NCBI GenBank assembly: GCA_017408915.1
Contig: JAFQTS010000032.1
Coordinates: 11,507-75,506, forward strand
DNA: 64,000 nt
DNA from: Oscillospiraceae bacterium
GTDB lineage: Bacteria; Bacillota; Clostridia; Oscillospirales; Oscillospiraceae
Direction of reading: 5' to 3'
Shown here in pieces: positions 27,663-36,810 of this stretch. Numbering within the stretch: position 1 is the stretch's first letter; every line of letters begins with the position of its first letter. The notes beneath the pieces were generated by a model. That model searched no databases. It saw only the letters and a list, made by a program, of their open reading frames with translations, and was not told where the DNA came from. The position numbers and the translations under genes are program-made.

Positions 27663-29225
27663 ATGAACACTTACGGACTGGAAAAGATGGGCATTATCAA
27701 TGCCAGCGCTGTTTACCGCAACCTGACTCCGGCCCAGCTCACTGAGCATGCGCTGCGTCGCGGCGAGGGTCTGCTGAGCAACACCGGCGCACTGGTGGTC
27801 AAGACCGGTAAGTACACCGGCCGCAGCGCCAATGATAAGTTCATCGTTGATACCCCCGCCGTTCACGATGAGATCGCATGGGGCAAGGTGAACCGTCCCA
27901 TCGAGAAGGAGAAGTACGACGCCATCCGCAGCAAGGTCATCGCCTATCTGCAGGGCAAGGAGATCTTTATCTTCGACGGTTTTGCCGGTGCTGATCCCAA
28001 GTATATGAAGGGCTTCCGCGTCATCAACGAGCTGGCCAGCCAGAACCTGTTTATCCGTCAGCTGCTGCGCCGTCCCACTGCCGAGCAGCTGGAGAACTTC
28101 GTTGAGGATTACACCATCATCGCCGCTCCCGGCTTCAAGTGCATCCCCGAGATCGACGGTGTCCGCTCTGAGGCCGCTATTCTGGTGAACTACGAGGCCA
28201 AGGAAGTCATCATCTGCGGCAGCCAGTATGCAGGCGAGATCAAGAAGTCTGTGTTCTCCGTGATGAACTATGTCCTGCCCAAGATGGGCGTATTCCCCAT
28301 GCACTGCTCCGCCAATATCGGCGTGGATGGCGACAGCGCCGTGTTCTTCGGTCTGTCCGGCACCGGTAAGACCACTCTGTCTGCCGACCCCAACCGCCAG
28401 CTGATCGGCGACGACGAGCATGGCTGGGCTGACGACAGCGTGTTTAACTTTGAGGGCGGCTGCTATGCTAAGTGCATCAACCTCTCCGAGGAGAAGGAGC
28501 CCGATATCTACCGCGCTATCAAGTTCGGCGCACTGGTGGAGAACGTGGTGATGGACGAGGAGACCCGCGAGTTCGACTTTGACGACGATTCTCTGGCTGA
28601 GAACTCCCGCGTGGGCTATCCCGTTGAGTATATCAACAACGCCAAGTTGGACGGCGTGGGCAGCACTCCCAAGACCGTTATCTTCCTGACCGCCGATGCT
28701 TATGGCGTTCTGCCTCCCATCTCCAAGCTGGATAAGAATCAGGCTATGTACTACTTCGTCTCCGGCTTCACTTCCAAGCTGGCCGGTACTGAGATCGGTA
28801 TCACCTCTCCCGTGCCTACCTTCTCTACCTGCTTCGGCGAGCCCTTCCTGCCTCTGGATCCCTCCGTGTACGCCTCTATGCTGGCTGACAAGGTGGAGAA
28901 GTCCGGCGCTAAGGTCTATCTCGTCAACACCGGCTGGAACGGTACCGGCGAGCGTACCAAGCTGAGCTACACCCGCGCTATGGTCACCGCCGCTCTGAAC
29001 GGCTCTCTGGAGAAGGCCGAGTTCGTCACCGATCCTTATTTCGGTGTTGCCGTGCCTACCTCCTGCGAGGGCGTGCCTTCCGAGCTGCTGATCCCCGCCA
29101 ACACCTGGGCTGACAAGGCCGCTTACGAGGCCAAGGCTCACGAGCTGGCCAAGAGCTTCGTGGAGAACTTCAAGAAGTACGACCACATGAGCGCTGAGGT
29201 CGTGGCTGCCGGCCCCAAGGCATAA
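27663..29225 (+). CDS. pckA: Phosphoenolpyruvate carboxykinase (ATP)
   Basis: TGRS, YAGEIKK, GLSGTGKTTLS, IGDDEHGW and NFEGGCYAK. Confidence 0.98.
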   Translation: MNTYGLEKMGIINASAVYRNLTPAQLTEHALRRGEGLLSNTGALVVKTGKYTGRSANDKFIVDTPAVHDEIAWGKVNRPIEKEKYDAIRSKVIAYLQGKEIFIFDGFAGADPKYMKGFRVINELASQNLFIRQLLRRPTAEQLENFVEDYTIIAAPGFKCIPEIDGVRSEAAILVNYEAKEVIICGSQYAGEIKKSVFSVMNYVLPKMGVFPMHCSANIGVDGDSAVFFGLSGTGKTTLSADPNRQLIGDDEHGWADDSVFNFEGGCYAKCINLSEEKEPDIYRAIKFGALVENVVMDEETREFDFDDDSLAENSRVGYPVEYINNAKLDGVGSTPKTVIFLTADAYGVLPPISKLDKNQAMYYFVSGFTSKLAGTEIGITSPVPTFSTCFGEPFLPLDPSVYASMLADKVEKSGAKVYLVNTGWNGTGERTKLSYTRAMVTAALNGSLEKAEFVTDPYFGVAVPTSCEGVPSELLIPANTWADKAAYEAKAHELAKSFVENFKKYDHMSAEVVAAGPKA

Positions 29226-29228
29226 AAA

Positions 29229-29534
29229 ATGCTGGAAATTCGTGTGCTGCTGTCCGATGTGGACTACGACACCGCCTGCGAGAAGATTGCCCCGCTCCTT
29301 GCGGATATAATGCAGGAAAAGGGCGGCATCGTAGGGGCTGCCGTTGGCAAGCGTGAGCGTTTGGTGGCCTTTCTCCGCCGCGTGCTTCGCAAGAAGAATC
29401 AGGTGGAGCGGGACCGCTGGGTGGCAGAACTTGCTACCAAGCACCGCACCGTGCTGATGAAAAAGGCCGCTGACCTTGCTGCAGAGCAGGGGGTAGATGT
29501 CCGCGTCTGTGACGTTGCTGTGCGACAGCTGTAA
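29229..29534 (+). CDS. Hypothetical protein co-transcribed with pckA
   Basis: Starts 3 nt after the pckA stop, has normal codon usage and ends before the terminator. Confidence 0.7.
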   Translation: MLEIRVLLSDVDYDTACEKIAPLLADIMQEKGGIVGAAVGKRERLVAFLRRVLRKKNQVERDRWVAELATKHRTVLMKKAADLAAEQGVDVRVCDVAVRQL

Positions 29535-29542
29535 AAATTACA

Positions 29543-29582
29543 AAAAAACACGCCAAAGGCTGAAACCTTTGGCGTGTTTTTT
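29543..29582. terminator. Bidirectional terminator
   Basis: AAAAAACACGCCAAAGG-ctgaaa-CCTTTGGCGTGTTTTTT. Confidence 0.85.
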
Positions 29583-29599
29583 GCGTCTAATAGATGAAT

Positions 29600-30640
29600 T
29601 TACTTCTTAAGGGCGTTCACAGCCTCACGGAGAGCATCTACCTGCTCCTGGGTAGTGGCCCAGCTGCCGCAGAAGCGGACGCCGGAATGGGTCTCGTCCA
29701 CGCGCTCCCAGTACTCGTAACCGAAGTTCTTGCCGAGAATTGCCAGCTCCTCATCGGAGATGATGGGATACTGCTGGTTGGTGGGGGAGTCGAACAGCAG
29801 GAGATAGCCGTTGGACACGAAAATGTCGCGGATCTGATAGGCCATGTCGTTGGCATTGCGGGCGATCTTGGTGTAGAGATCGTCGGTGAAGAGGGTATCG
29901 AACTGGATGCCCAGCAGACGACCCTTTGCCAGCATACCGCCACGCTGCTTGATCATGAAGCGGAAGTCCTTCTTATACTTCTCGTTCATGATGACCACAG
30001 CCTCGCCGAACAGAGCGCCCACCTTAGTGCCGCCGATGTAGAACACATCGCACAGCTGAGCGATCTCGGGCAGGGACAAATCATTGCCGTCGGCAGTGAG
30101 GCCGTAGCCGAGACGTGCGCCGTCGATGTAGAGGGGGAGACCGTACTCACGGCAGGTGTTGAAGATCTCCGTCAGCTCCGCCTTGGAGTAGAGCATACCC
30201 GTCTCGGTGGGGTGGGAGATGTACACCATACCGGGCTGGACGATGTGCTCCTCGGACTCATCGTTCTTCTGCCACTCCACATAGTCCTTCACCTGCTTGG
30301 CGGTGAGCTTGCCGTCGGGAGTGGGGAGTGCGATGACCTTGTGACCGGTAGACTCGATCGCGCCGGTCTCATGGCAGTTGATATGACCGGACACGGCACT
30401 CACCACGCCCTGCCAGGGACGCAGAAGCGCGGCGATCACGGTGGTGTTGGTCTGCGTGCCGCCAACGAGGAAGTGGACATCGGCCTCGGGAGCGTTGCAG
30501 GCAGCGCGCACCTTGGCACGGGCGCTGTCGCAGATCTCATCGCAGCTGTAACCCACGGTCTGCATCATGTTGGTCTCCATCATGCGCTCCATAATGGCGC
30601 TGTGGGCACCCTCCAGATAGTCGCTGTTAAAATAGATCAT
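29600..30640 (-). CDS. ltaE: Low-specificity L-threonine aldolase
   Basis: FNSDY.EGAH, GGTQTN, HETGAIE, DGARL and GGTK (PLP lysine). Confidence 0.9.
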   Translation of the reverse strand: MIYFNSDYLEGAHSAIMERMMETNMMQTVGYSCDEICDSARAKVRAACNAPEADVHFLVGGTQTNTTVIAALLRPWQGVVSAVSGHINCHETGAIESTGHKVIALPTPDGKLTAKQVKDYVEWQKNDESEEHIVQPGMVYISHPTETGMLYSKAELTEIFNTCREYGLPLYIDGARLGYGLTADGNDLSLPEIAQLCDVFYIGGTKVGALFGEAVVIMNEKYKKDFRFMIKQRGGMLAKGRLLGIQFDTLFTDDLYTKIARNANDMAYQIRDIFVSNGYLLLFDSPTNQQYPIISDEELAILGKNFGYEYWERVDETHSGVRFCGSWATTQEQVDALREAVNALKK

Positions 30641-30780
30641 ACGGTTCTCCTTCCGAATCTTAATGATACTATGTATATTCTACTGTACTTCCACCTTTTA
30701 GTAAAGGGAAATTTTTAATATATCTTGCAAAATCAAATGTAATCTGTTAGAATAGCTTGGATAGCAAGGAGGCTTGTTAA

Positions 30781-31632
30781 ATGAAAAAATCTACTAGAGA
30801 AGCCGCACCTAAAACCGGCGGCAAGAAAAAGCAAAATAAAGTTCTGTATTATGTTATTTTGGTGATCCTGGTGGGTATTCTGGTGTTCTCTATCTCTAAG
30901 ATCATCAGCTACTTTAAGCAGCAGGCAGATGCCGAGAACATTCAGGATCAGGTCATTACCGATCATATCACCCCCGGCGACACGGACGCCACCACACCCG
31001 ATACCCCCGACGACGGCGAGGGTGACGAGGATAAGGAGCCCGAGAAGAAGCCCGAGCCTCAGAAGCCCGAGCCCGAGACCATTAACGTTGACTTTGCAGG
31101 TCTTACTTCCAAGTACCCCGATGTGGTGGGTTATATCTACGCTGCTTACACCGGCATCAACTATCCCATTGTGCAGTCCAGCAGCAATGATTACTATCTT
31201 AACCACGATCTGGACGGCAACGTGAACAACAACGGCAGCATTTTTGTGGAGCATCTGAACGCCTCCGACTTCTCTGACCAGAACACCATCATCTACGGTC
31301 ATAACATGAAGTCCGGTCTGATGTTTGCCCATCTGACCAACTACAAGAACCAGTCCTACTACAACGCACACCCCTATTTCTACATCTATACCCCCAACCA
31401 GAACTATAAGCTGAACCTGTATGCCGGCTTCGTCTGCGAGCATGATGACGAGGTGTACGCCCTGTCTCTGAGCCAGTCTCAGCTGGAGGCCATGGCAGCC
31501 AAGTCCACCTTTAAGTCCAACATCGGTACGCCTACCGGTAATGTTGTGACGTTGTCCACCTGCTCTTACGAGTTCGACGATGCTCGTTATGTGGTGGTGG
31601 GTGAGCTTGTCCCCATCAGCAACGAGGGCTAA
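30781..31632 (+). CDS. srtB: Class B sortase
   Basis: N-terminal anchor, acidic/Pro linker, NDYYL, IYGHNMK, TLSTC and downstream catalytic Arg. Confidence 0.92.
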   Translation: MKKSTREAAPKTGGKKKQNKVLYYVILVILVGILVFSISKIISYFKQQADAENIQDQVITDHITPGDTDATTPDTPDDGEGDEDKEPEKKPEPQKPEPETINVDFAGLTSKYPDVVGYIYAAYTGINYPIVQSSSNDYYLNHDLDGNVNNNGSIFVEHLNASDFSDQNTIIYGHNMKSGLMFAHLTNYKNQSYYNAHPYFYIYTPNQNYKLNLYAGFVCEHDDEVYALSLSQSQLEAMAAKSTFKSNIGTPTGNVVTLSTCSYEFDDARYVVVGELVPISNEG

Positions 31633-31645
31633 GTACTATCACTTG

Positions 31646-31680
31646 AAGAAAGACCTTCTTTCGAAGGTCTTTCTTTTTTT
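31646..31680 (+). terminator. Terminator after srtB
   Basis: AAGAAAGACCTTC-tttc-GAAGGTCTTTCTTTTTTT. Confidence 0.85.
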
Positions 31681-31682
31681 GC

Positions 31683-31733
31683 TTGACATACATAGAATAT
31701 CTATGTATACTATACATAGATATTCTATGTATG
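31683..31733 (+). promoter_or_regulatory. Sigma-A promoter overlapped by tandem palindromic PadR-type operators
   Basis: TTGACA(31683)-17-TATACT(31706); two ATACATAGA-N3-TCTATGTAT units forming a perfect 23-1-23 inverted repeat at 31687-31733. Confidence 0.85.
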
Positions 31734-31744
31734 AGGAGGCGGCT

Positions 31745-32077
31745 ATGAAGAAGCAGAGTATTGAGCATACCCACCTGTTGATTTTAAGTTTGCTGGCAGG
31801 GGAGGATATGTACGGCTATCAGATGATCACGGAGCTGGCGCGGCGCTCTCAGAACGTGTTTTCGATGAAGGAGGGTACGCTGTATCCCGTGCTCCACGGC
31901 TTGGAAAAGCAGGGCTATGTGGAGGCCTATCAGCAGGCTGCAGAGAGCGGCAGAATGCGGAAGTATTACCGCATCACCCGCAGCGGTCGCGGCTGTTTGG
32001 CGGAGGAAAAACAATCCTGGGAGGTCTATGAGGGCGCGGTCAATGCCGTGCTGCGCTTCAGCGCAGGGTTGGCGTGA
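31745..32077 (+). CDS. PadR family transcriptional regulator
   Basis: MYGYQM, EGTLYPVLH.LE and RKYYRIT; RBS GAGGAGG before 31745. Confidence 0.93.
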   Translation: MKKQSIEHTHLLILSLLAGEDMYGYQMITELARRSQNVFSMKEGTLYPVLHGLEKQGYVEAYQQAAESGRMRKYYRITRSGRGCLAEEKQSWEVYEGAVNAVLRFSAGLA

Positions 32078-32787
32078 TGGATCGGCGGGAGTATTGCCGT
32101 CAGCTGACGCAGGAGCTGCGCCATCTGACCGCCAAGGAAGTTGCCGCTGTGCGACAGGAATTCATGGATCACATGGAGGATCACGCCGAGATGCTCCGTG
32201 AGGCGGGCTATGACGAGGCAGAGGCCGATGTTCGCGCTGTGGAGGCCATGGGTGACCCTGTGGAAACAGGCCGCGAGATCGACAAGCAGTATCCTGCCAT
32301 TTGGCTGTGGCTGAGCCGCATCGCCGTGGCGGTGATCGTGATCGTGTGTATCTCAGCACTGTTCAGCTTGTTTGGTGCCTATACCGCCTTCGATTCACTG
32401 GCCATCCGTATGAATCCCTACAGGAACGTGGACATTCCGAAGGATTCGTACATCGACTACCGCATGGAAATCGGCGATGATATCGTGCATTTCATCGGGC
32501 TGGAGGGCTATGTCCCCGGAGAGGACTGCGAGGTGTCACTTCATTTCAATATGTATGACAAGAGCATTTTTGGTTCGGTTCATCAGAATTTGGAGACTAT
32601 GCTTACGTTCAGAACCGATAGCGGGGATAGAATCTCGCTTTCCGGCGGTGGCAGCAGCAATGAGAAGGTTGCGCATTACAGAAAAAATCTGCAGATTACC
32701 TCCGATGATACGTATATTACCGCAATCTACGACCACTACGGGCGCTATGTGGCCTGTACTATTGACTTACAGGAGGTGGGAAAATGA
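32074..32787 (+). CDS. Permease-prefix/HAAS-like domain membrane protein
   Basis: N-terminal EFMDHMED...AVEAMGDP motif, one TM and a probable extracytoplasmic domain; GTGATG overlap with padR. Confidence 0.8.
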   Translation: MMDRREYCRQLTQELRHLTAKEVAAVRQEFMDHMEDHAEMLREAGYDEAEADVRAVEAMGDPVETGREIDKQYPAIWLWLSRIAVAVIVIVCISALFSLFGAYTAFDSLAIRMNPYRNVDIPKDSYIDYRMEIGDDIVHFIGLEGYVPGEDCEVSLHFNMYDKSIFGSVHQNLETMLTFRTDSGDRISLSGGGSSNEKVAHYRKNLQITSDDTYITAIYDHYGRYVACTIDLQEVGK

Positions 32788-33461
32788 GCAAGATGAAACC
32801 GATGCCCTCCCGCCGCCGTCGTGCCCTGCGGAATTGTCTCATCGCCCTTCTTGCCATCGCCCTGTACAGCAGCGTCTCTTTCTATGCACTGACACCCCTG
32901 AATGCGGTGGAATACGCCAAGGATCGCAGTGGTCTCTACGATCCCACCGAGGTGGTAAGCGTCCAATGGGTGCCGGAAATGCACCGCGTGCACCGCTTGT
33001 ATCTGGTTGAAAACGAACACACGGTGGCCCTCAGCTCCGCCATATTGCGGGTACTGGGCTGGGAGGGCAGCTTTGTTTGGGCGGTGGACTGCTCCAAGGA
33101 GAGTCCCATCCACTGCGGATGCGTCACCATGAGCCACGGAGGAAATAACGACGGAGAACGGGTACTATTCTATTACGGGCGTGTGAACGACCCCAAAATT
33201 GCGCGTATCGAGCTTTTGGAGGTACATTTGCAAGACAGCGGCATCCCACCGGGAGAGACCACGGAGTTTGAAAACATCGTTAGCACCATCGAGCTCCCCT
33301 GTGAGGAGTGGATCACCAAAAATGGGAGAGCGTATTTTCTGGAAAAAAGCTTCCCCTCCGATGATGTAACCATTCGAAGATATGTGCGGGGCTATGATGG
33401 AGAAGGGAACATCGTCCATCAGGAATATATCAGCAACTATGCCGGCGTCAGCTGGGGCTAA
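32784..33461 (+). CDS. Hypothetical membrane-anchored protein
   Basis: Basic N-terminus plus one TM; ATGA overlap with the upstream gene. Confidence 0.75.
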   Translation: MSKMKPMPSRRRRALRNCLIALLAIALYSSVSFYALTPLNAVEYAKDRSGLYDPTEVVSVQWVPEMHRVHRLYLVENEHTVALSSAILRVLGWEGSFVWAVDCSKESPIHCGCVTMSHGGNNDGERVLFYYGRVNDPKIARIELLEVHLQDSGIPPGETTEFENIVSTIELPCEEWITKNGRAYFLEKSFPSDDVTIRRYVRGYDGEGNIVHQEYISNYAGVSWG

Positions 33462-33466
33462 AACGT

Positions 33467-33497
33467 AAGAGCGTGACGCACTGCGTCACGCTCTTTT
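33467..33497. terminator. Terminator between the PadR operon and the Se operon
   Basis: AAGAGCGTGACGCA-c-TGCGTCACGCTCTTTT perfect inverted repeat. Confidence 0.8.
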
Positions 33498-33506
33498 AAC
33501 ATGTGT

Positions 33507-34445
33507 TCAATTGCGCCTTTGGGCGCGGACAGAGATCAACTCGCCTGTAATGCTGATTGCAATCTCCTCGGGAGTGACGGCGCCGATAGCCAAACCAATG
33601 GGGGTATGGACACGGTCGGTAGCCTCTTTGGAGATACCCGCCGCCCACAGCCGCTTATTAACTGCCGCTGTCTTTGCCGCTGACCCGATGACGCCCACAT
33701 AGGGGAATTCGCGCCGCAGCACCTGCTCGAGGACTTGGAAATCGTTGCTGTGTCCGCTTGTGAGGACAATGATGAAATCGTCATCCTTCAAAGGCGGCAG
33801 TTCCTCAATGGTATCATAGCTGCCGCAGAGGACAGTTTCTGCATGGGGGAACGCCTCTTTCACGGCGAATTCGGGGCGATCATCAAAGACGGTTACCTCG
33901 AAATCCACCATCCGCAGCAGCGGCGTCAGCGCGCGGGAAATGTGGCCTGCGCCGAAGATGACCACACGCTGGGAAGCGGGCATATTTACGGGGAAATAGC
34001 CATCAGCGGGACATTGTGCGCCCTTATCGGTGACGATGGGGGCGCTGTTATCCTTGGTAGACAGCCACAGCGTACCGCCTGTCTGCCCACGAAAACGCGC
34101 CTCCACATCCTCCACAGCATCACGCCATGCAGGCGTAACAGGTGAGAGGAGCACCGTCACCTCGCCGCCGCAGACCATGCCAATATCGTCCTTGAGGGAG
34201 GGGTGCAGAGGATACTCGCGAATTTCCGCGCCGCCGCCCTCTTGCAGAAGGCGAAGGGCTTCTTCAATAGCGCGGCCTTCTACTGCGCCGCCGCCTACCG
34301 TGCCTGCCATCAAGCCGTGCTTACCCACCAGCATCTGTGAGCCTGCGCCACGGGGTGCAGAGCCGGTGTGGGAGAGAATGGTAACCAGCACAGTGTTTTT
34401 CCCTGCAGAAATGGCGTGGCGTAGTGCTGTAAATATCGTCCTCAT
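33507..34445 (-). CDS. XdhC/CoxI family Moco insertion (maturation) protein
   Basis: GSAPRGAG, GTVGGG, MVCGG, FGAGH, GVIGS and PIGL.IGA.TPEEIA. Confidence 0.92.
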   Translation of the reverse strand: MRTIFTALRHAISAGKNTVLVTILSHTGSAPRGAGSQMLVGKHGLMAGTVGGGAVEGRAIEEALRLLQEGGGAEIREYPLHPSLKDDIGMVCGGEVTVLLSPVTPAWRDAVEDVEARFRGQTGGTLWLSTKDNSAPIVTDKGAQCPADGYFPVNMPASQRVVIFGAGHISRALTPLLRMVDFEVTVFDDRPEFAVKEAFPHAETVLCGSYDTIEELPPLKDDDFIIVLTSGHSNDFQVLEQVLRREFPYVGVIGSAAKTAAVNKRLWAAGISKEATDRVHTPIGLAIGAVTPEEIAISITGELISVRAQRRN

Positions 34446-34645
34446 TTGCTCAACTCCATCTTATACTCGCCGTCCTCCTCCGTCACGGTGACGGAATAGC
34501 CCTGAGAGGCAGCGTAGCGCTTCACGTTCTCTACGCAGACCATGGCGTCCACGAGAACGGTGAGGGAGTTGGGGTTGCCTTTCTTCACTTCATTCTGCAC
34601 CATCACAACGGGCATGGGGCAGCTCAAACCACGTGCATCGACCAT
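34442..34645 (-). CDS. TusA/SirA-like sulfur or selenium carrier
   Basis: DARGLSCPMPV motif. Confidence 0.9.
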   Translation of the reverse strand: MVDARGLSCPMPVVMVQNEVKKGNPNSLTVLVDAMVCVENVKRYAASQGYSVTVTEEDGEYKMELSK

Positions 34646-34647
34646 AG

Positions 34648-35742
34648 TTAGTTACGCTCCTTTTTTGCAATATTCATGAAAGAAATGACCAGCAGGACAA
34701 CAGCGGCGATCACAACGGCGATCTTGCCGGAGGTAGCGATACCGCCTGCGGAGTACACACCATCGGTGAGGGAAGCGGCAGAGCCTGCCAGCTTGAAGTT
34801 GTGAGCAACAGCAGCGCCCACCACCATGCCGAACACGGTCACGGCACTGTCGCCATTGCCCTCGCCGGCGAGGATCAGCTGACGGAGGGGGCAGCCACCC
34901 AGCAGCACGCTGCCCCAACCGACCAACACCATGCCGAGGAGATTCCACAGCTGGCTGGCGTGGGCGATAGGCTGGAGGTAAGCGGAGAAGCCGGAGAAGT
35001 TGCCGAGGATGATGTTGCCCAGCAGCACCACCACGAAGATGGCAGCGAAACCGGATAGAAGGTTAAAGTCGCGGAACATGATGGCATCACGCATACCGCT
35101 CACCATGCACAGGCGGGACTTCTGAGCCAGTGCGCCAACGATGAGCGCGATCACCAGTGCTGCCAGCACGGGAGCGTGCTTGGAGCCGGGGCCGGACTCG
35201 GAGAAAACAAAGATGGTGGGGACGATCAGCACCAGTGCCAGCAGCGCCACCATGACGAAGGGCAGTGCAAAGCCCTCGACCTTGGTAGCGGTATAGCTGC
35301 GCTTGAGGGAGAAGCCGCGCTTTAAGAAGAAGATACCGATCAGAATACCGATGGCGAAGCCCACGAGGCCCACGAAGGCGTTCAGATCGCCGCCGCCCAT
35401 ACGGATGACCATACGGAGGGGGCAGCCCAGGAACACCAGTGCGCCGATCATCACGATAGCACCGAGAATGAAGCGGACAGCGGGGGAAGAGCCTGCACGG
35501 GGCTTAAACTCACCCGTTGCCAAGGCGATGATGGTGGAGCCCAGCACAAGGCCGATGATCTCGGGACGGATGTACTGCACCACTGCGGCGCTGTGGAGCT
35601 TCGTTGCACCTGCGATATCACGGAGGAAACAGGCGATGCAGAAGCCCATGTTGGCGGGGTTGCCCAAGGCAGTCAGTGCCACGGCGGCAATGCCGACCAC
35701 AGCGCCTGCAATGAGCACCCAAATGTTGATTTTCTTGCTCAT
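34648..35742 (-). CDS. yedE: YedE family putative selenium transporter
   Basis: GNPANMGFCIACF.RD, GCP twice, RLCM; multi-TM; adjacent to selD. Confidence 0.92.
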   Translation of the reverse strand: MSKKINIWVLIAGAVVGIAAVALTALGNPANMGFCIACFLRDIAGATKLHSAAVVQYIRPEIIGLVLGSTIIALATGEFKPRAGSSPAVRFILGAIVMIGALVFLGCPLRMVIRMGGGDLNAFVGLVGFAIGILIGIFFLKRGFSLKRSYTATKVEGFALPFVMVALLALVLIVPTIFVFSESGPGSKHAPVLAALVIALIVGALAQKSRLCMVSGMRDAIMFRDFNLLSGFAAIFVVVLLGNIILGNFSGFSAYLQPIAHASQLWNLLGMVLVGWGSVLLGGCPLRQLILAGEGNGDSAVTVFGMVVGAAVAHNFKLAGSAASLTDGVYSAGGIATSGKIAVVIAAVVLLVISFMNIAKKERN

Positions 35743-35763
35743 AGTTGCATATCTCCTTTTTAT

Positions 35764-36810
35764 TTAATGCAAATAAATGTGTTTCCCGCCCGTATAGGGG
35801 GTGACTTCACCGATCCTCTGTGCCGCGGGGACGCAGGTCTGCAGCTCTTCAAAGAGAGCCTGGGCATCCTCGGGATGGACGGCGATCAGCAATCCTCCTG
35901 CCGTCTGTGGATCGTAGAGGAGATCCTGCAGATGGAGCGGCACATCACCCTCGTCTACATGGGCTTCTGCAAAATTGCGGTTACGGTACATGCCCTCAGG
36001 AAGAATGCCCATACGAGCCAATTCTGCAGCTTCATCCAAGAAGCGGAAGCCATCTACATGGAGATGCAGCTCCACATTGCTGCCCTGTGCCATCTCCGTG
36101 CCGTGGCCTAAGAGGCCAAAACCCGTCACATCGGTGCAGGCGTGAACACGGTATTTCACCATGGCATCACGGGCCGACTTATTAAGGGTCGTCATCAGTT
36201 GGAAGGCGTAATCCAGCGTTTCCTTCGATACCAAGTCGGCTTTCGCTGCCGTGGTAACGACGCCGATACCCAAAGGTTTCGTCAGCAGCAATACATCTCC
36301 TGCCTTTGCGCCGCTGTTGGTGAGCATTTTATCGGGATGGACAAAGCCCGTCACCGCCATGCCGTATTTGGGCTCGCGGTCAAGGATACTGTGTCCGCCC
36401 GTAATGAGTGCGCCTGCTTCATAGACCTTGTCGTAGCCGCCGCGAAGCATGTCATGGACGGCTTCTTTCGGCATATCGGCAGGAACAGCCATGATGTTCA
36501 GCGCCAGTTTCGGCTCACCGCCCATGGCGTACACGTCGGAGAGGGCGTTGGTGGCGGCAATGGCGCCAAAAGTGTAGGGATCGTCGGCAATAGGGGGGAA
36601 GAAGTCCACCGTCTGCACCAGCGCCAAATCGTCGCTGATGCGGTAGACACTGGCATCGTCGCTTTTATCGAAACCAACCAGCAAATTGGGATCGCTGTGG
36701 ACGCGGATGCCCTCCAGCAGTTGTGCCAGCACGCCTGCGCCGACTTTCGCGCCGCATCCTGCGCAGGAGGCAAGTTTTGTCAGTTTTACTTCACTTTCCA
36801 AGGCTTTCAC
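35764..36810 (-). CDS. selD: Selenide, water dikinase (Cys form)
   Basis: AGCGAK, DDA, TVDFF, NALSDVYAMGG, DVTGFGLLGH and DPQTAGGLL. Confidence 0.96.
   Translation of the reverse strand: MKALESEVKLTKLASCAGCGAKVGAGVLAQLLEGIRVHSDPNLLVGFDKSDDASVYRISDDLALVQTVDFFPPIADDPYTFGAIAATNALSDVYAMGGEPKLALNIMAVPADMPKEAVHDMLRGGYDKVYEAGALITGGHSILDREPKYGMAVTGFVHPDKMLTNSGAKAGDVLLLTKPLGIGVVTTAAKADLVSKETLDYAFQLMTTLNKSARDAMVKYRVHACTDVTGFGLLGHGTEMAQGSNVELHLHVDGFRFLDEAAELARMGILPEGMYRNRNFAEAHVDEGDVPLHLQDLLYDPQTAGGLLIAVHPEDAQALFEELQTCVPAAQRIGEVTPYTGGKHIYLH

Noticed and set aside
31030-31080. Short repeats (AAGCCCGAG) in srtB and the Lys/Glu/Ala-rich tail of tig
   Set aside because: These are low-complexity coding linkers, not a CRISPR array or contingency locus
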